A stretch of 24,000 bases of DNA from Georgenia alba (GCF_042665525.1 NZ_JBHTCQ010000003.1:158508-182507); one strand, 5' to 3'. Positions 1 through 7,728 are shown, numbered from the stretch's first letter. Notes: a model not told the origin generated them from the letters alone. Numbers and translations are program-made.

Positions 1-2796
1 TTCCGGGTCTGGCGCTCCCCCAAGCACGAGCGGCCGAAGCGGCGCGGGGACGGCGTGACCGTGCAGAACGCCCGCGCCAAGCTCTGGCGGCTAGCCGGCG
101 ACAGCGATGTCACGCCTGGCGTCCCGGTGTCCGCGCACGTGCAGGAGGTGGGCGACGAGCTCGCGCGCATCGTCGTGCTGGACCGCGCCCAGTTCACCCA
201 GACCGTGGTCCTTCCCCAGGGGCAGTTCGCCGCCTTCCTGCGAGCACGCCCCGAGGACCGGCGCTCGGTCCTGCAGGAGGTCTTCGGCACGGAGATCTAC
301 GACCGGCTCCAGCAGCGGCTCGCGGAGATGGCGCGTCAGGCCCGCGAGACCGTCCACACCGCGCACCAGGAGGTCGTCTCCGCGGCCGACGCCCTGGCTC
401 GGGCGGCGCACGGCGGTGAGGACCCTGCCCCTGGCCGCGGTGCCGCTCCCGCCGCGGAGGAGCAGACCGGCCGGGCCGCGGTCGCGAGCCTGCGGGAGGC
501 GGCGGCGGTGCCGGACGGTGACCGGCTCCGGAAGCTCGCCGAGCAGGTGTGCGAGCTGTGGGCCGACCGTGAGCGCCGCGACGTCGAGCGCCGGGACGCC
601 TGTGCCGCGGCGGAGAGCGCGGCCCGGGCCCTGCTCGACTCCGCGCGTGAGCTGGCGTCCCGCCTCGCGCGCCGCGCGGACCTCGAGGCCGCCGAGCATC
701 GCCTCCGGGAGGACCGGGAGGCGGTGGAGGACGCCGTCGCCCGGCTGGACCTCGCCCGGCGGGCGGCGCCGATCGGGCCGCTGCTGGACGAGGTGGACCG
801 GGCCGTTGCCCGCGACGAGCGGGCCGCAGCGGCCCGGGAGCAGGCCGCCGTCGCCGCGAGCGGTCACGGCCTGGAGGACCTCACCGAGCCCGAGGCCGTC
901 CGCGCCGCGCTGGAGGAGGCGACCACGACGCTGGGGTGGCTCGAACCCCTCGCCACGATCGAGGAGGCGCTGCCGGCGCGGGCTCGTGCGGTCCGGGAGG
1001 CGCGCGCCGAGGCCGACGCCGCCACCCGCCGGACCGCGGAGCTGGCGGCGCAGGTCGACGCCCGGCCGGCCGCGCGGCAGGCGCTCGTCAGCGAGCTCGA
1101 CCGGTACCGGGACGCCGGCTCGCGCCGGGAACGGGCACGCGTCGCCCAGGAACAGGCCTACGCGGTGCTCCGTGCCGCGCAGGACGCCGAGGCCACCGAG
1201 GCCGAGGTGACAGCCGCGAAGCAGCGGCTCGAGCAGGCCGCCCGCGACGCCCGGGGGACCCTCGACGCCGAGCACGAGGTCCGTCGTCGCTGGGTGGCGG
1301 GGATGGCCGGCGCGCTCGCCGCGGAGCTCGAGCCCGGCCGGCCGTGCGCCGTGTGCGGCGCGACCGAGCACCCCGATCCGGCGCGTGCGACGGACGAGCA
1401 TGCGGCGGACGAGGACGTCGCCGCAGCCGAGCGCGCCCGCGCCGAGGCGGACGGACTGCTGACGGAGGCCCGCTCGACCCACACCGAGGTCACCACCCGG
1501 CTCGCCGGGCTGCGCCAGGCGGCCGGTGGCGCGAGCGTCGCGGCCGCCGAGGAGGCGCTCGACCGGGCCGAGGCGGCGTTCCGGGAGGCGGAGGCCGCCG
1601 TGATCCGTCACGCCGAGCTGGACCATCGGCTGGCCGAGCACGACGCCGAGACCGGCCACGTCGTCGAACGGCTCGGCGCCGCGCGCGCGGCCGACGCCGC
1701 TCGTGCCGAGCGGCTCGAGGCACAGGTCCGCCGGCTCGCCGAGGACGAGGAGCGGTGCGCCGAGGCGCGGGGCGAGCATGCGTCGGTGGTCGAGCGGGCC
1801 GAGCGGCTCCGTGGCCGGGCCCGGGCGGCCCGCCGGCTCGCGGACGCCACCGCCGAGGTCCGCACGGCACGGGAGGCGCGTGCGGACGCCGCGGCCCGCC
1901 TGCGCGAGCGGCTCGACGCCGTCGGCCTCGAGGACCCCGAGGCGGCGCGGGCCGCGCTGCTGCCGGAGACGGAGGCGGCGAGCCTCGCCGACCTGGTCGA
2001 GCGTCACCGGGCCGAGGCGACACGGGTGGCGCAAGGCCTCGCCGAGCCGGAGCTGGCCGATCTCGACGGCCGGACCACGCCCGACGTCGCCGCCGCGGAG
2101 GCCGCGCACGCGGACGCCATGGCCGACCTGACCCGAGCGGCCGGCGCCGCGAGCGAGGCCGCGCTGCGGTGCCGGCAGACGCTCGCGGCCGCCGAGCGGC
2201 TGACGACAGCGGTGCAGGCGCACATCGAGGCCGCAGGCCGGGCGGCTCCGGTGCTCCGGACGGCCGCACTCGCCACGGCGGGCGAGGGCAACACGATCGA
2301 CACCACGCTCGCCACGTACGTGCTGCTCCGGCGGTTCGAGGACGTCGTCGCGGCGGCGAACGACCGGCTGGCGACGATGTCGGACGGACGGTACGCGCTG
2401 GAACGGATCGACGAGCGCGAGGGCGGTCAACGCTCCCGCAAGGCCGGACTCGGGCTCCGCGTCCGTGACCAGGTCACCGAGACGCCGCGGGACCCGCACA
2501 CCCTCTCCGGCGGCGAGACGTTCTACGTGTCCTTGTGCCTCGCCCTCGGTCTGGCCGACGTGGTCCGCTCGGAGGCAGGGGGCATCGAGCTCGGCACGCT
2601 GTTCGTGGACGAGGGCTTCGGCTCTCTGGACCCGGAGACGTTGGACGCCGTCATGACCGAGCTGTCACGGCTTCGCGAGGGCGGGCGCGCGGTCGGCGTC
2701 GTCTCGCACGTGTCGGAGATGAAGGACCGGATCCCCGACCGGGTCTCGATCCGGCGGGAGCCGTCCGGCGCGTCGACCGTCAGCGTCCGGCGCTGA
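1..2796 (+). CDS. sbcC: SbcC/Rad50-family DSB-repair ATPase (SbcCD nuclease subunit C), 5'-truncated by the window edge
   Basis: Frame 1 is open from nt 1, and the track start at 55 is an internal GTG. The body is a long Ala/Arg/Glu-rich coiled coil. A CxxC zinc hook PCAVCG has its Cys..Cys codons at 1345-1356. The ABC signature LSGGETFYVSL starts at 2503. Walker B LFVDEGFGSLD is at about 2599, and an H-loop VVSHV lies near the C-terminus. Confidence 0.9.
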   Translation, partial: FRVWRSPKHERPKRRGDGVTVQNARAKLWRLAGDSDVTPGVPVSAHVQEVGDELARIVVLDRAQFTQTVVLPQGQFAAFLRARPEDRRSVLQEVFGTEIYDRLQQRLAEMARQARETVHTAHQEVVSAADALARAAHGGEDPAPGRGAAPAAEEQTGRAAVASLREAAAVPDGDRLRKLAEQVCELWADRERRDVERRDACAAAESAARALLDSARELASRLARRADLEAAEHRLREDREAVEDAVARLDLARRAAPIGPLLDEVDRAVARDERAAAAREQAAVAASGHGLEDLTEPEAVRAALEEATTTLGWLEPLATIEEALPARARAVREARAEADAATRRTAELAAQVDARPAARQALVSELDRYRDAGSRRERARVAQEQAYAVLRAAQDAEATEAEVTAAKQRLEQAARDARGTLDAEHEVRRRWVAGMAGALAAELEPGRPCAVCGATEHPDPARATDEHAADEDVAAAERARAEADGLLTEARSTHTEVTTRLAGLRQAAGGASVAAAEEALDRAEAAFREAEAAVIRHAELDHRLAEHDAETGHVVERLGAARAADAARAERLEAQVRRLAEDEERCAEARGEHASVVERAERLRGRARAARRLADATAEVRTAREARADAAARLRERLDAVGLEDPEAARAALLPETEAASLADLVERHRAEATRVAQGLAEPELADLDGRTTPDVAAAEAAHADAMADLTRAAGAASEAALRCRQTLAAAERLTTAVQAHIEAAGRAAPVLRTAALATAGEGNTIDTTLATYVLLRRFEDVVAAANDRLATMSDGRYALERIDEREGGQRSRKAGLGLRVRDQVTETPRDPHTLSGGETFYVSLCLALGLADVVRSEAGGIELGTLFVDEGFGSLDPETLDAVMTELSRLREGGRAVGVVSHVSEMKDRIPDRVSIRREPSGASTVSVRR

Positions 2797-3274
2797 GCTC
2801 CCCCAGCAGGTCCACCCGCTCCGTGACGTCGTACCAGAGCAGATCCCGCTCCGCGCTGCGCTCCAGCGCCTCCTCGTCGCCCGCGGCGGCCGCCGCGACG
2901 TCCTCCTCGGCGGCCGCCTCGTCCACGAGCAGCGCGACGACGTGGTCCCACGTGACGGTCTCACGGAGTCGGACCGCGGTCGGGAGGCGGTCGCCGTCGG
3001 CACCTGCGGGCGCGACGGCGTCGTCCGGCACGTCGGCGGCGGCGACGACCCGCCGCGGCACCAGGAGCGAGGACGCGGTGTCCGCACGCACCGCACCCGC
3101 GAGCAGCCGGACGGAGTCGTCCGCGGCCGCGAGCGTCGCGGTCATCTCGAGTCCTTCGTCCTCCTCGTCCGGCATCTCCCGCCGCAGGGCGCCGGTCACC
3201 GTGTGCGCCCAGCGAGGCGTCACGCCGGCGTCATCGGCCAGGTCGCCCGCCGTGGCGGGCAGGTAGATCCGCAT
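2780..3274 (-). CDS. Conserved actinobacterial acidic protein of unknown function (164 aa)
   Basis: I trimmed track ORF 2780..3427 to the internal ATG at 3274 (MRIYLPATAGDL...), because the upstream extension is Arg/Cys/Trp-rich and off-composition. The body is Asp/Glu/Ala-rich and ends with LLWYDVTE, resembling uncharacterised actinobacterial proteins I recall. It lies 31 nt downstream of the P-loop gene on the same strand. Confidence 0.6.
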   Translation of the reverse strand: MRIYLPATAGDLADDAGVTPRWAHTVTGALRREMPDEEDEGLEMTATLAAADDSVRLLAGAVRADTASSLLVPRRVVAAADVPDDAVAPAGADGDRLPTAVRLRETVTWDHVVALLVDEAAAEEDVAAAAAGDEEALERSAERDLLWYDVTERVDLLGELSAGR

Positions 3275-3305
3275 GAGCCCAGTCTGGCAGCGCCGGGCGC
3301 ACCGC

Positions 3306-4694
3306 TCAGCCGCGCACGCGCGCGAGGCGCCGACGCCGGGACCGCGGGCGCTCGCCCGCCAGCCGCCGGGCGAGCCGTTCGATCTCCGTACGGGCCGGCG
3401 AGCCGGGAACCACCTGCGGCAGCGCACGGCCCTGCATGACCGCCTTGTCGAGCGCGGCCCGGTCCTCGGGGACGAGGACGGCGTCGCTCACACCGGCGAA
3501 CCGAGAGAGGGCCTCGTGGACGGCCTGGGCCGGGGCGCGACCCGCGGCGGTGCTCCGGACCCGGTTCACCACGACGAACCGCTTCGCCGTCGCCATGAGG
3601 TCGGCCTCGCCCAGGTCTCCGAGGGCCATGACGAGCCGACGCATGCCGACCGGGTCCCCGGAGCCGACCACCACGACGACGTCGGCGGCCGCCAGCGCCG
3701 ACGCGGTGGCCTCGTGCCGGCTGGGCCCGAATCCGGAGCCGTCCGCCTCGGGCAGGGTGCTGCCGGTGTCGACGACCGTCCACGGCACGGCCGCGCGGGC
3801 CACGTCCCAGACCACCTCCAGCGCCGCGGCGGGCAGCTCGCGCCATCGGTCCGCCCGGGTCAGCCCGGTCATCACGTGCATCGATCCGTCCACCAGCGGG
3901 CAGGCGCGCAGCAGCGCGGTCGGATCGAGCCGCCCGGACAGGGCCAGCCGGGACACCGAGGCCACCGCAGAGGCGTCGTCCAGGATGCCGAGCACCTGGG
4001 TGACTGAGGGCGCCTCGGTGTCGGCGTCGACCAGCAGCGACCGCGACGCGAGCCCGGCGAGCTCGGACGCCAGGGTGACCGCCAACGTGGTCCGACCGGG
4101 TGCGCCCGGCGGTCCCCAGACCACGACGAGCTGTCCGCGCGTCTGCGGTGGGCGGGTCTCCTCGCCGCCGTCGGCACCGGTCCCGACGTCGTCGCTCGCG
4201 CGACCGTCGTCGGCAGGTGGCGGCGGGGGCGGTGGAGCCTCAGGTCCGCCCTGACGGGCCGGCACGTCTTCGACCGGGCGGGGTGCATCCTCCTCGGGTG
4301 CGGTGGGCCGGGCGCCCCGGGTGAGGTGCCGTCCACGCGAGGTGCCGTCCCCGACGACGGCGGCCACGGCGTCGGCCAGGGTCGCGGCGGCGACACCCGC
4401 CGGCTCGACGGCGTCGGCCCCGAGGGCGCCCGCGCGGTGCAGGTCGTCCGGTGCGGCGACGAGCAGCACCCGGGCTCCGGAGTCGTGCAGGCGCCGCACC
4501 ACGGAGCGGTCCACCCCGGCGAGGTCGGTGCCGACGACGGCGATCGCGCCGAGCCCCGCGGCGGCGGCCGCGAGGACCTCCGCGACATCGGCGCAGCGGC
4601 GGACCACACGCACGCCGGACCCGGGCGCGTCGAGCGCCCGGACCAGGTCCGACTCGACCGGCCCGGTCAGCGCCAGGAGGACGCCCGCCGTCAC
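3306..4694 (-). CDS. ParA/MinD-superfamily P-loop protein, TadZ/CpaE/Ssd-like, with an N-terminal receiver-like domain and a Pro-rich linker
   Basis: The GTG start at 4694 overlaps the stop of the SAF gene (GTGA). The N-terminal roughly 90 aa look like a pseudo-receiver domain (VLLALTG...VLLVAAPDD). A PPPPPPP linker follows. The P-loop is VVVWGPPGAPGRTTLAVTLASELA, followed by LLVDADTEAPS, which is typical of MinD/ParA-type ATPases. Confidence 0.75.
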   Translation of the reverse strand: MTAGVLLALTGPVESDLVRALDAPGSGVRVVRRCADVAEVLAAAAAGLGAIAVVGTDLAGVDRSVVRRLHDSGARVLLVAAPDDLHRAGALGADAVEPAGVAAATLADAVAAVVGDGTSRGRHLTRGARPTAPEEDAPRPVEDVPARQGGPEAPPPPPPPADDGRASDDVGTGADGGEETRPPQTRGQLVVVWGPPGAPGRTTLAVTLASELAGLASRSLLVDADTEAPSVTQVLGILDDASAVASVSRLALSGRLDPTALLRACPLVDGSMHVMTGLTRADRWRELPAAALEVVWDVARAAVPWTVVDTGSTLPEADGSGFGPSRHEATASALAAADVVVVVGSGDPVGMRRLVMALGDLGEADLMATAKRFVVVNRVRSTAAGRAPAQAVHEALSRFAGVSDAVLVPEDRAALDKAVMQGRALPQVVPGSPARTEIERLARRLAGERPRSRRRRLARVRG

Positions 4695-5413
4695 GTCTCG
4701 CTCGCCGTCGGGGACTCGTCCGGCGTCTCCTCCGGCTCACCGCCCGCGGGGCGGTCGGTGTCCGCCATGGTCGGCACCGCGACGAGGCGGCCGTCGCCGG
4801 ACAGGGCGGCCAGGACGGTCGAGACGTCCCGCCGAGGTACCAGGACCTCGATCGACGTACCGTCGGCCCCCGCGATCACCGAGTCTTCCTGAAGGATCTC
4901 GGCCACGACGAGACCGCCGACCAGGAGCTCGGGGTCGGGCGGTGGCTCGGCCGACGGCGCGGCGCCGCCCACCGGGGCGGCGGGCGCGAGCCACAGGTCC
5001 ACGGTGGCCCCGGGCTCGAGCCCGGCCGGGACGGACAGGCCGAGGTCGACCACGACGGGCTGGACCTCCACGGCGTCCGGACCGCCCAGGGCGGCGCGCG
5101 GGACGAGCTCCCCCGGGCCGACGGTGCGGACGGCGACGGCACGTTCCGGGAGGCCGTCCGCCACCAGGTGGTACAGGTCCTCGTCGTCGCCGAGCCGGAC
5201 CTCGCGGACCAGGAGGTCGTCACCGGTGACGACGTCGCCCGGCGTGAGCGCGTCTGCCGCGGCGTAGACCTCGACGGTGGCGGCCGCGTCGCGGACCGCC
5301 CACGTCCCGAGCGCCACGGATCCCCCGACGAGCAGCAGGCCCACACCGAGGCGCGGATCCCGCCACGTGGGACGGCGCAGGCGGCGTGCCTGCGGTAGGT
5401 CGTCGGTGCTCAT
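4691..5413 (-). CDS. SAF-domain membrane protein, CpaB/RcpC-like
   Basis: The ATG at 5413 is preceded by GGGGGGAG. The protein has an N-terminal basic stretch and one TM helix (RDPRLGVGLLLVGGSVALGTWAV). This is followed by a SAF-like segment (VEVYAAADALTPGDVVTGDDLLVREVRL). Its stop overlaps the start of the downstream P-loop gene. Confidence 0.7.
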   Translation of the reverse strand: MSTDDLPQARRLRRPTWRDPRLGVGLLLVGGSVALGTWAVRDAAATVEVYAAADALTPGDVVTGDDLLVREVRLGDDEDLYHLVADGLPERAVAVRTVGPGELVPRAALGGPDAVEVQPVVVDLGLSVPAGLEPGATVDLWLAPAAPVGGAAPSAEPPPDPELLVGGLVVAEILQEDSVIAGADGTSIEVLVPRRDVSTVLAALSGDGRLVAVPTMADTDRPAGGEPEETPDESPTASET

Positions 5414-5532
5414 CGCTCCCCCCTCGTGCCTGGGCGCTCCATCGTGCCAAGCGATGCGGCCGAGCTCCCATCATTGTCCACAGGGCCATCCCGGCGCACG
5501 TGCCTGGTCCGCGACGGTGCCATCATGGACGC

Positions 5533-5745
5533 ATGCCGCAGCGATTCCTCACCCTGGCCGACGTCGCGGAGGCCCTGGCCGTCTCCGTCGCCCAGGTCCG
5601 CACCCTCGTGCGGTCCGGTGAGCTTCGCGCCATCCAGGTCGGTCCGAAGAAGGTCTGGCGGATCGAGGACACGGCGCTCGAGCAGTACATCTCGGAGCAG
5701 TACGAGCGCACCAAGGCACGCATCGAGGCGGAACAGCACCCCTGA
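5533..5745 (+). CDS. Excisionase-family (MerR/Xis-like) helix-turn-helix DNA-binding protein, 70 aa
   Basis: I trimmed track ORF 5386..5745 to the ATG at 5533. MPQRFLTLADVAEALAVSVAQVRTLVRSGELRAIQVGPKKVWRIEDTALEQYI matches the short Xis-type HTH pattern (LT..EVA..L.VS...V..L...G.L.A...G..WRI....L..). Confidence 0.75.
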   Translation: MPQRFLTLADVAEALAVSVAQVRTLVRSGELRAIQVGPKKVWRIEDTALEQYISEQYERTKARIEAEQHP

Positions 5746-5794
5746 CGCGTGCAGGCCCACGGCGGGCCACGTCCCGTCGGCACCCTGGTGAGCG

Positions 5795-6310
5795 TCACAC
5801 GGTCGAGACGAGGACCACGGACCGCAGCGCGAGCGTGAGGGAGACCGGCTCACCGGCCGCGGACCGCAGGTCGACGTGGTCCGCGCCGACGCGAGTCAGC
5901 CAGCCCGTGTAGGAGCCGCCCTCGCACGCCACCCGGACCCGCGCCCCCTCCCGGGCGAGCGCGCGAAGCACGTGGGACATGCCGAGCCGCCGCTCGACCG
6001 CACCCGGCTCGGGTGCCACCGGGCCGAGCGGCCAGGCGGCCTGGACCGACGTCAGCGGGCAGAGCGTACGACGGTCCGCCTCGCCGAGGAGGACCCACTG
6101 CGGGGCCGCGTCGAGGACGACGCCGGCGACGTCCTCGCCGGTTCGCAGGCGGAACCGCACCTCGTGGCCCCGCCGCGCCCGGATCCGGTCCGCGAACGCG
6201 GTGGTACCGACCTCGGCCTCGGTCAGCTCGGCGACGAGGGCGTCGTCCTGCGCGCGTTCCGCGGCGGAGAGCTGTCCCTCCAGGTCCTCGAAGAGCGCCT
6301 CCCACCTCAT
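5795..6310 (-). CDS. Conserved hypothetical protein (171 aa) with an apparent internal duplication
   Basis: Third-position G/C usage is clean. The N-terminus is an acidic helix (MRWEALFEDLEGQLSAAE). Two similar beta-rich halves follow (VRFRLRTGEDVAGVVLDAAPQWVLL.. and VRVACEGGSYTGWLTRVGADHVDL..). I did not recognise a family. Confidence 0.6.
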   Translation of the reverse strand: MRWEALFEDLEGQLSAAERAQDDALVAELTEAEVGTTAFADRIRARRGHEVRFRLRTGEDVAGVVLDAAPQWVLLGEADRRTLCPLTSVQAAWPLGPVAPEPGAVERRLGMSHVLRALAREGARVRVACEGGSYTGWLTRVGADHVDLRSAAGEPVSLTLALRSVVLVSTV

Positions 6311-6316
6311 GGGACG

Positions 6317-6322
6317 ACGCTA
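6317..6322 (-). promoter_or_regulatory. Candidate -10 hexamer TAGCGT placed for a leaderless transcript of the 171-aa gene
   Basis: The minus strand reads TAGCGT-cgtccc-ATG. The hexamer fits the actinobacterial TANNNT pattern, sits 6 nt before the start codon, and there is no Shine-Dalgarno sequence. This is motif and geometry only. Confidence 0.3.
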
Positions 6323-6432
6323 CTGGGCTCACGCGCGACGAGGAGGCGTTGCCACCCACCCTTGCGCGAGCGTCATGACTGAGGTACAAATCACGTCTAC
6401 GTGCATCAATCATCATCAACCGCCACGATAGA

Positions 6433-6459
6433 GACCGAACGGATCGAACATGACCGAAC
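6433..6459 (+). repeat. Three direct repeats of GAYCGAAC (gaccgaac / gatcgaac / gaccgaac) spanning the LysM gene start codon
   Basis: The copies are at 6433-6440, 6442-6449 and 6452-6459, with a 9-10 bp period. The ATG is at 6450-6452. Confidence 0.5.
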
Positions 6460-7208
6460 GTCCGACCACCCGGCTGGCCGTGGTCCTCATGACGGTCTCG
6501 GCTGCGCTGTGCGCGTGGCTGGGCGTCTCGGCGTGGTCGGCGACGCCAGCGATAGCCGACACCCGCGACGTCGCCGACGCGGTGGCCGCCCTGACCATGT
6601 GGGCCGGGTGCCTCGCAGCGGGCTGGTACACGACGACCTGCGTGGCTGCCCTCATGGTGCACGGCGCCCGCGCGACGGGCCGCCGGGCGCTCGCGCTCGA
6701 ACGCGCGGTGCGCCGCTGGGGCTTCCCGTTCCTGCGACGCGCTCTGCTGAGCACGGCGGCGGCGGGCGTCGGCGCCTCGGTCGCGCTCGGGTCTGCCGCG
6801 GCGGCACCGGCCGGCACGCACGTCCCGCACGACCTGGGCTGGGGCGCACCCGAGGACGCACCGGCGACGCAGGTCCCGAGCGAGCCCGAGCCGAGCCGGT
6901 CCGCGCCACCGCCGGACCCAGAGCCGGCCGCGCCGCGGACCGCCGCGCCCGCCGACCCAGAGGCCGAGCCGGCCACCGACCCCGGTGAGACTCCCACGCC
7001 CGGCACGCACGAGCGCACCTACCGCGTGCGGCCGGGCGACTCCCTCTGGTCGATCGCGGCCGACCACCTGGGCCCTGACGCCCACGCCGGTGACGTCGCG
7101 GCCGCATGGCCCGGCTGGTACGAGACCAACCGTGACGCCATCGGCACCGACCCGCACCTCATCCAGCCCGACCTGACCCTGCAGATCCCGACCGAGGAGA
7201 CACGATGA
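6450..7208 (+). CDS. LysM-domain membrane/secreted protein with a Pro-rich spacer
   Basis: There are N-terminal hydrophobic segments (LAVVLMTVSAALCAWLGVSAW and LTMWAGCLAAGWYTTTCVAALMV). A Pro/Ala/Glu-rich linker follows. The C-terminal LysM motif is YRVRPGDSLWSIAADHLG...WYETNRDAIGTDPHLIQPDLTLQIP. Confidence 0.8.
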   Translation: MTERPTTRLAVVLMTVSAALCAWLGVSAWSATPAIADTRDVADAVAALTMWAGCLAAGWYTTTCVAALMVHGARATGRRALALERAVRRWGFPFLRRALLSTAAAGVGASVALGSAAAAPAGTHVPHDLGWGAPEDAPATQVPSEPEPSRSAPPPDPEPAAPRTAAPADPEAEPATDPGETPTPGTHERTYRVRPGDSLWSIAADHLGPDAHAGDVAAAWPGWYETNRDAIGTDPHLIQPDLTLQIPTEETR

Positions 7209-7717
7209 CCACGACCCTCACCCGCCCGGTCCGCCCGGGCACGCCGCGTACCGGCGTCGAGCGTCCCGGCGGCACCGGTACACCCCGGACGTCGGCCGCC
7301 CACCCCTGGGACCGCGTCCGCTTCGCCGGACCGCCGGTACGGGCGTGCGGACCGGACGAGGAGAGCGCGCCGGTCGACGAGGTTGACCTCCCCGATCCGC
7401 AGCAGTGGGCAGGCGCCCTGGTCCGTTCGACCGTCGAGGTGCTGTGCGGCAGCCGGCCGGTCGCACAGCTGGCGCGGTGGCTCGCACCCGAGCTTTTCGA
7501 GTCCGTGTCCCGGCGCGCGGGCCTCGCCGAGCGGATCCAGGGACGGCCCCGGATGGCTGCACGGGCGATCATCCGCAGGGTGCACGTGTGCCGGATCGAG
7601 GCCGGGACCGTGGAGGCGTCCGTCGTCGTCCACGACGGCAGCCACCTGCGCGCCGCCGCCGTCCGGCTCGAGGCGCACCGCGGCAGGTGGCGCGCCACGG
7701 CCCTGCAGATCGGTTGA
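7205..7717 (+). CDS. Rv3235-family protein (conserved actinobacterial, unknown function)
   Basis: The start overlaps the LysM gene stop as ATGA. The segment WAGALVRSTVEVLCGSRPVAQLARWLAPELFESVSRR...VHVCRIEAGTVEASVVVHDGSHLRAAAVRLEAHRGRWRATALQIG matches the family I recall being found next to secA in actinobacteria. Confidence 0.7.
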   Translation: MTTTLTRPVRPGTPRTGVERPGGTGTPRTSAAHPWDRVRFAGPPVRACGPDEESAPVDEVDLPDPQQWAGALVRSTVEVLCGSRPVAQLARWLAPELFESVSRRAGLAERIQGRPRMAARAIIRRVHVCRIEAGTVEASVVVHDGSHLRAAAVRLEAHRGRWRATALQIG

Positions 7718-7728
7718 GCTCTCTCGGG

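Noticed and set aside
91-2499. 802-aa minus-strand ORF, with other frames at 107..1210, 936..2468 and 1490..2269
   Set aside because: They lie opposite or off-frame to sbcC, whose zinc hook, signature motif and Walker B are clear. The translations have shadow-ORF composition.
3306-5413. Tad/Flp pilus locus, suggested by the CpaB-like and TadZ-like genes
   Set aside because: There are no secretion ATPase, platform, pilin or peptidase genes in the flanks. I report it as an orphan module instead.
5533-5745. Excisionase-family HTH as a marker of a prophage or integrative element
   Set aside because: The window contains no integrase, att-like repeats, tRNA, phage genes or compositional shift. 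Small Xis-type HTH proteins are also common chromosomal regulators in actinobacteria.
5754-5768. Short hairpin ggccc-acggc-gggcc between the convergent HTH and 171-aa genes as a bidirectional terminator
   Set aside because: It has only a 5-bp stem and no U-tract, which is indistinguishable from chance in DNA this GC-rich.
5850-7157. 435-aa minus-strand ORF spanning the 171-aa gene, the promoter region and the LysM gene, with further long shadow ORFs at 8075..9565 +, 14593..15570 +, 20878..22017 +, 21622..22584 - and 22975..23793 -
   Set aside because: Each crosses intergenic regions and overlaps better-supported genes on the other strand or in another frame. The translations are Arg/Pro-rich with no motifs.
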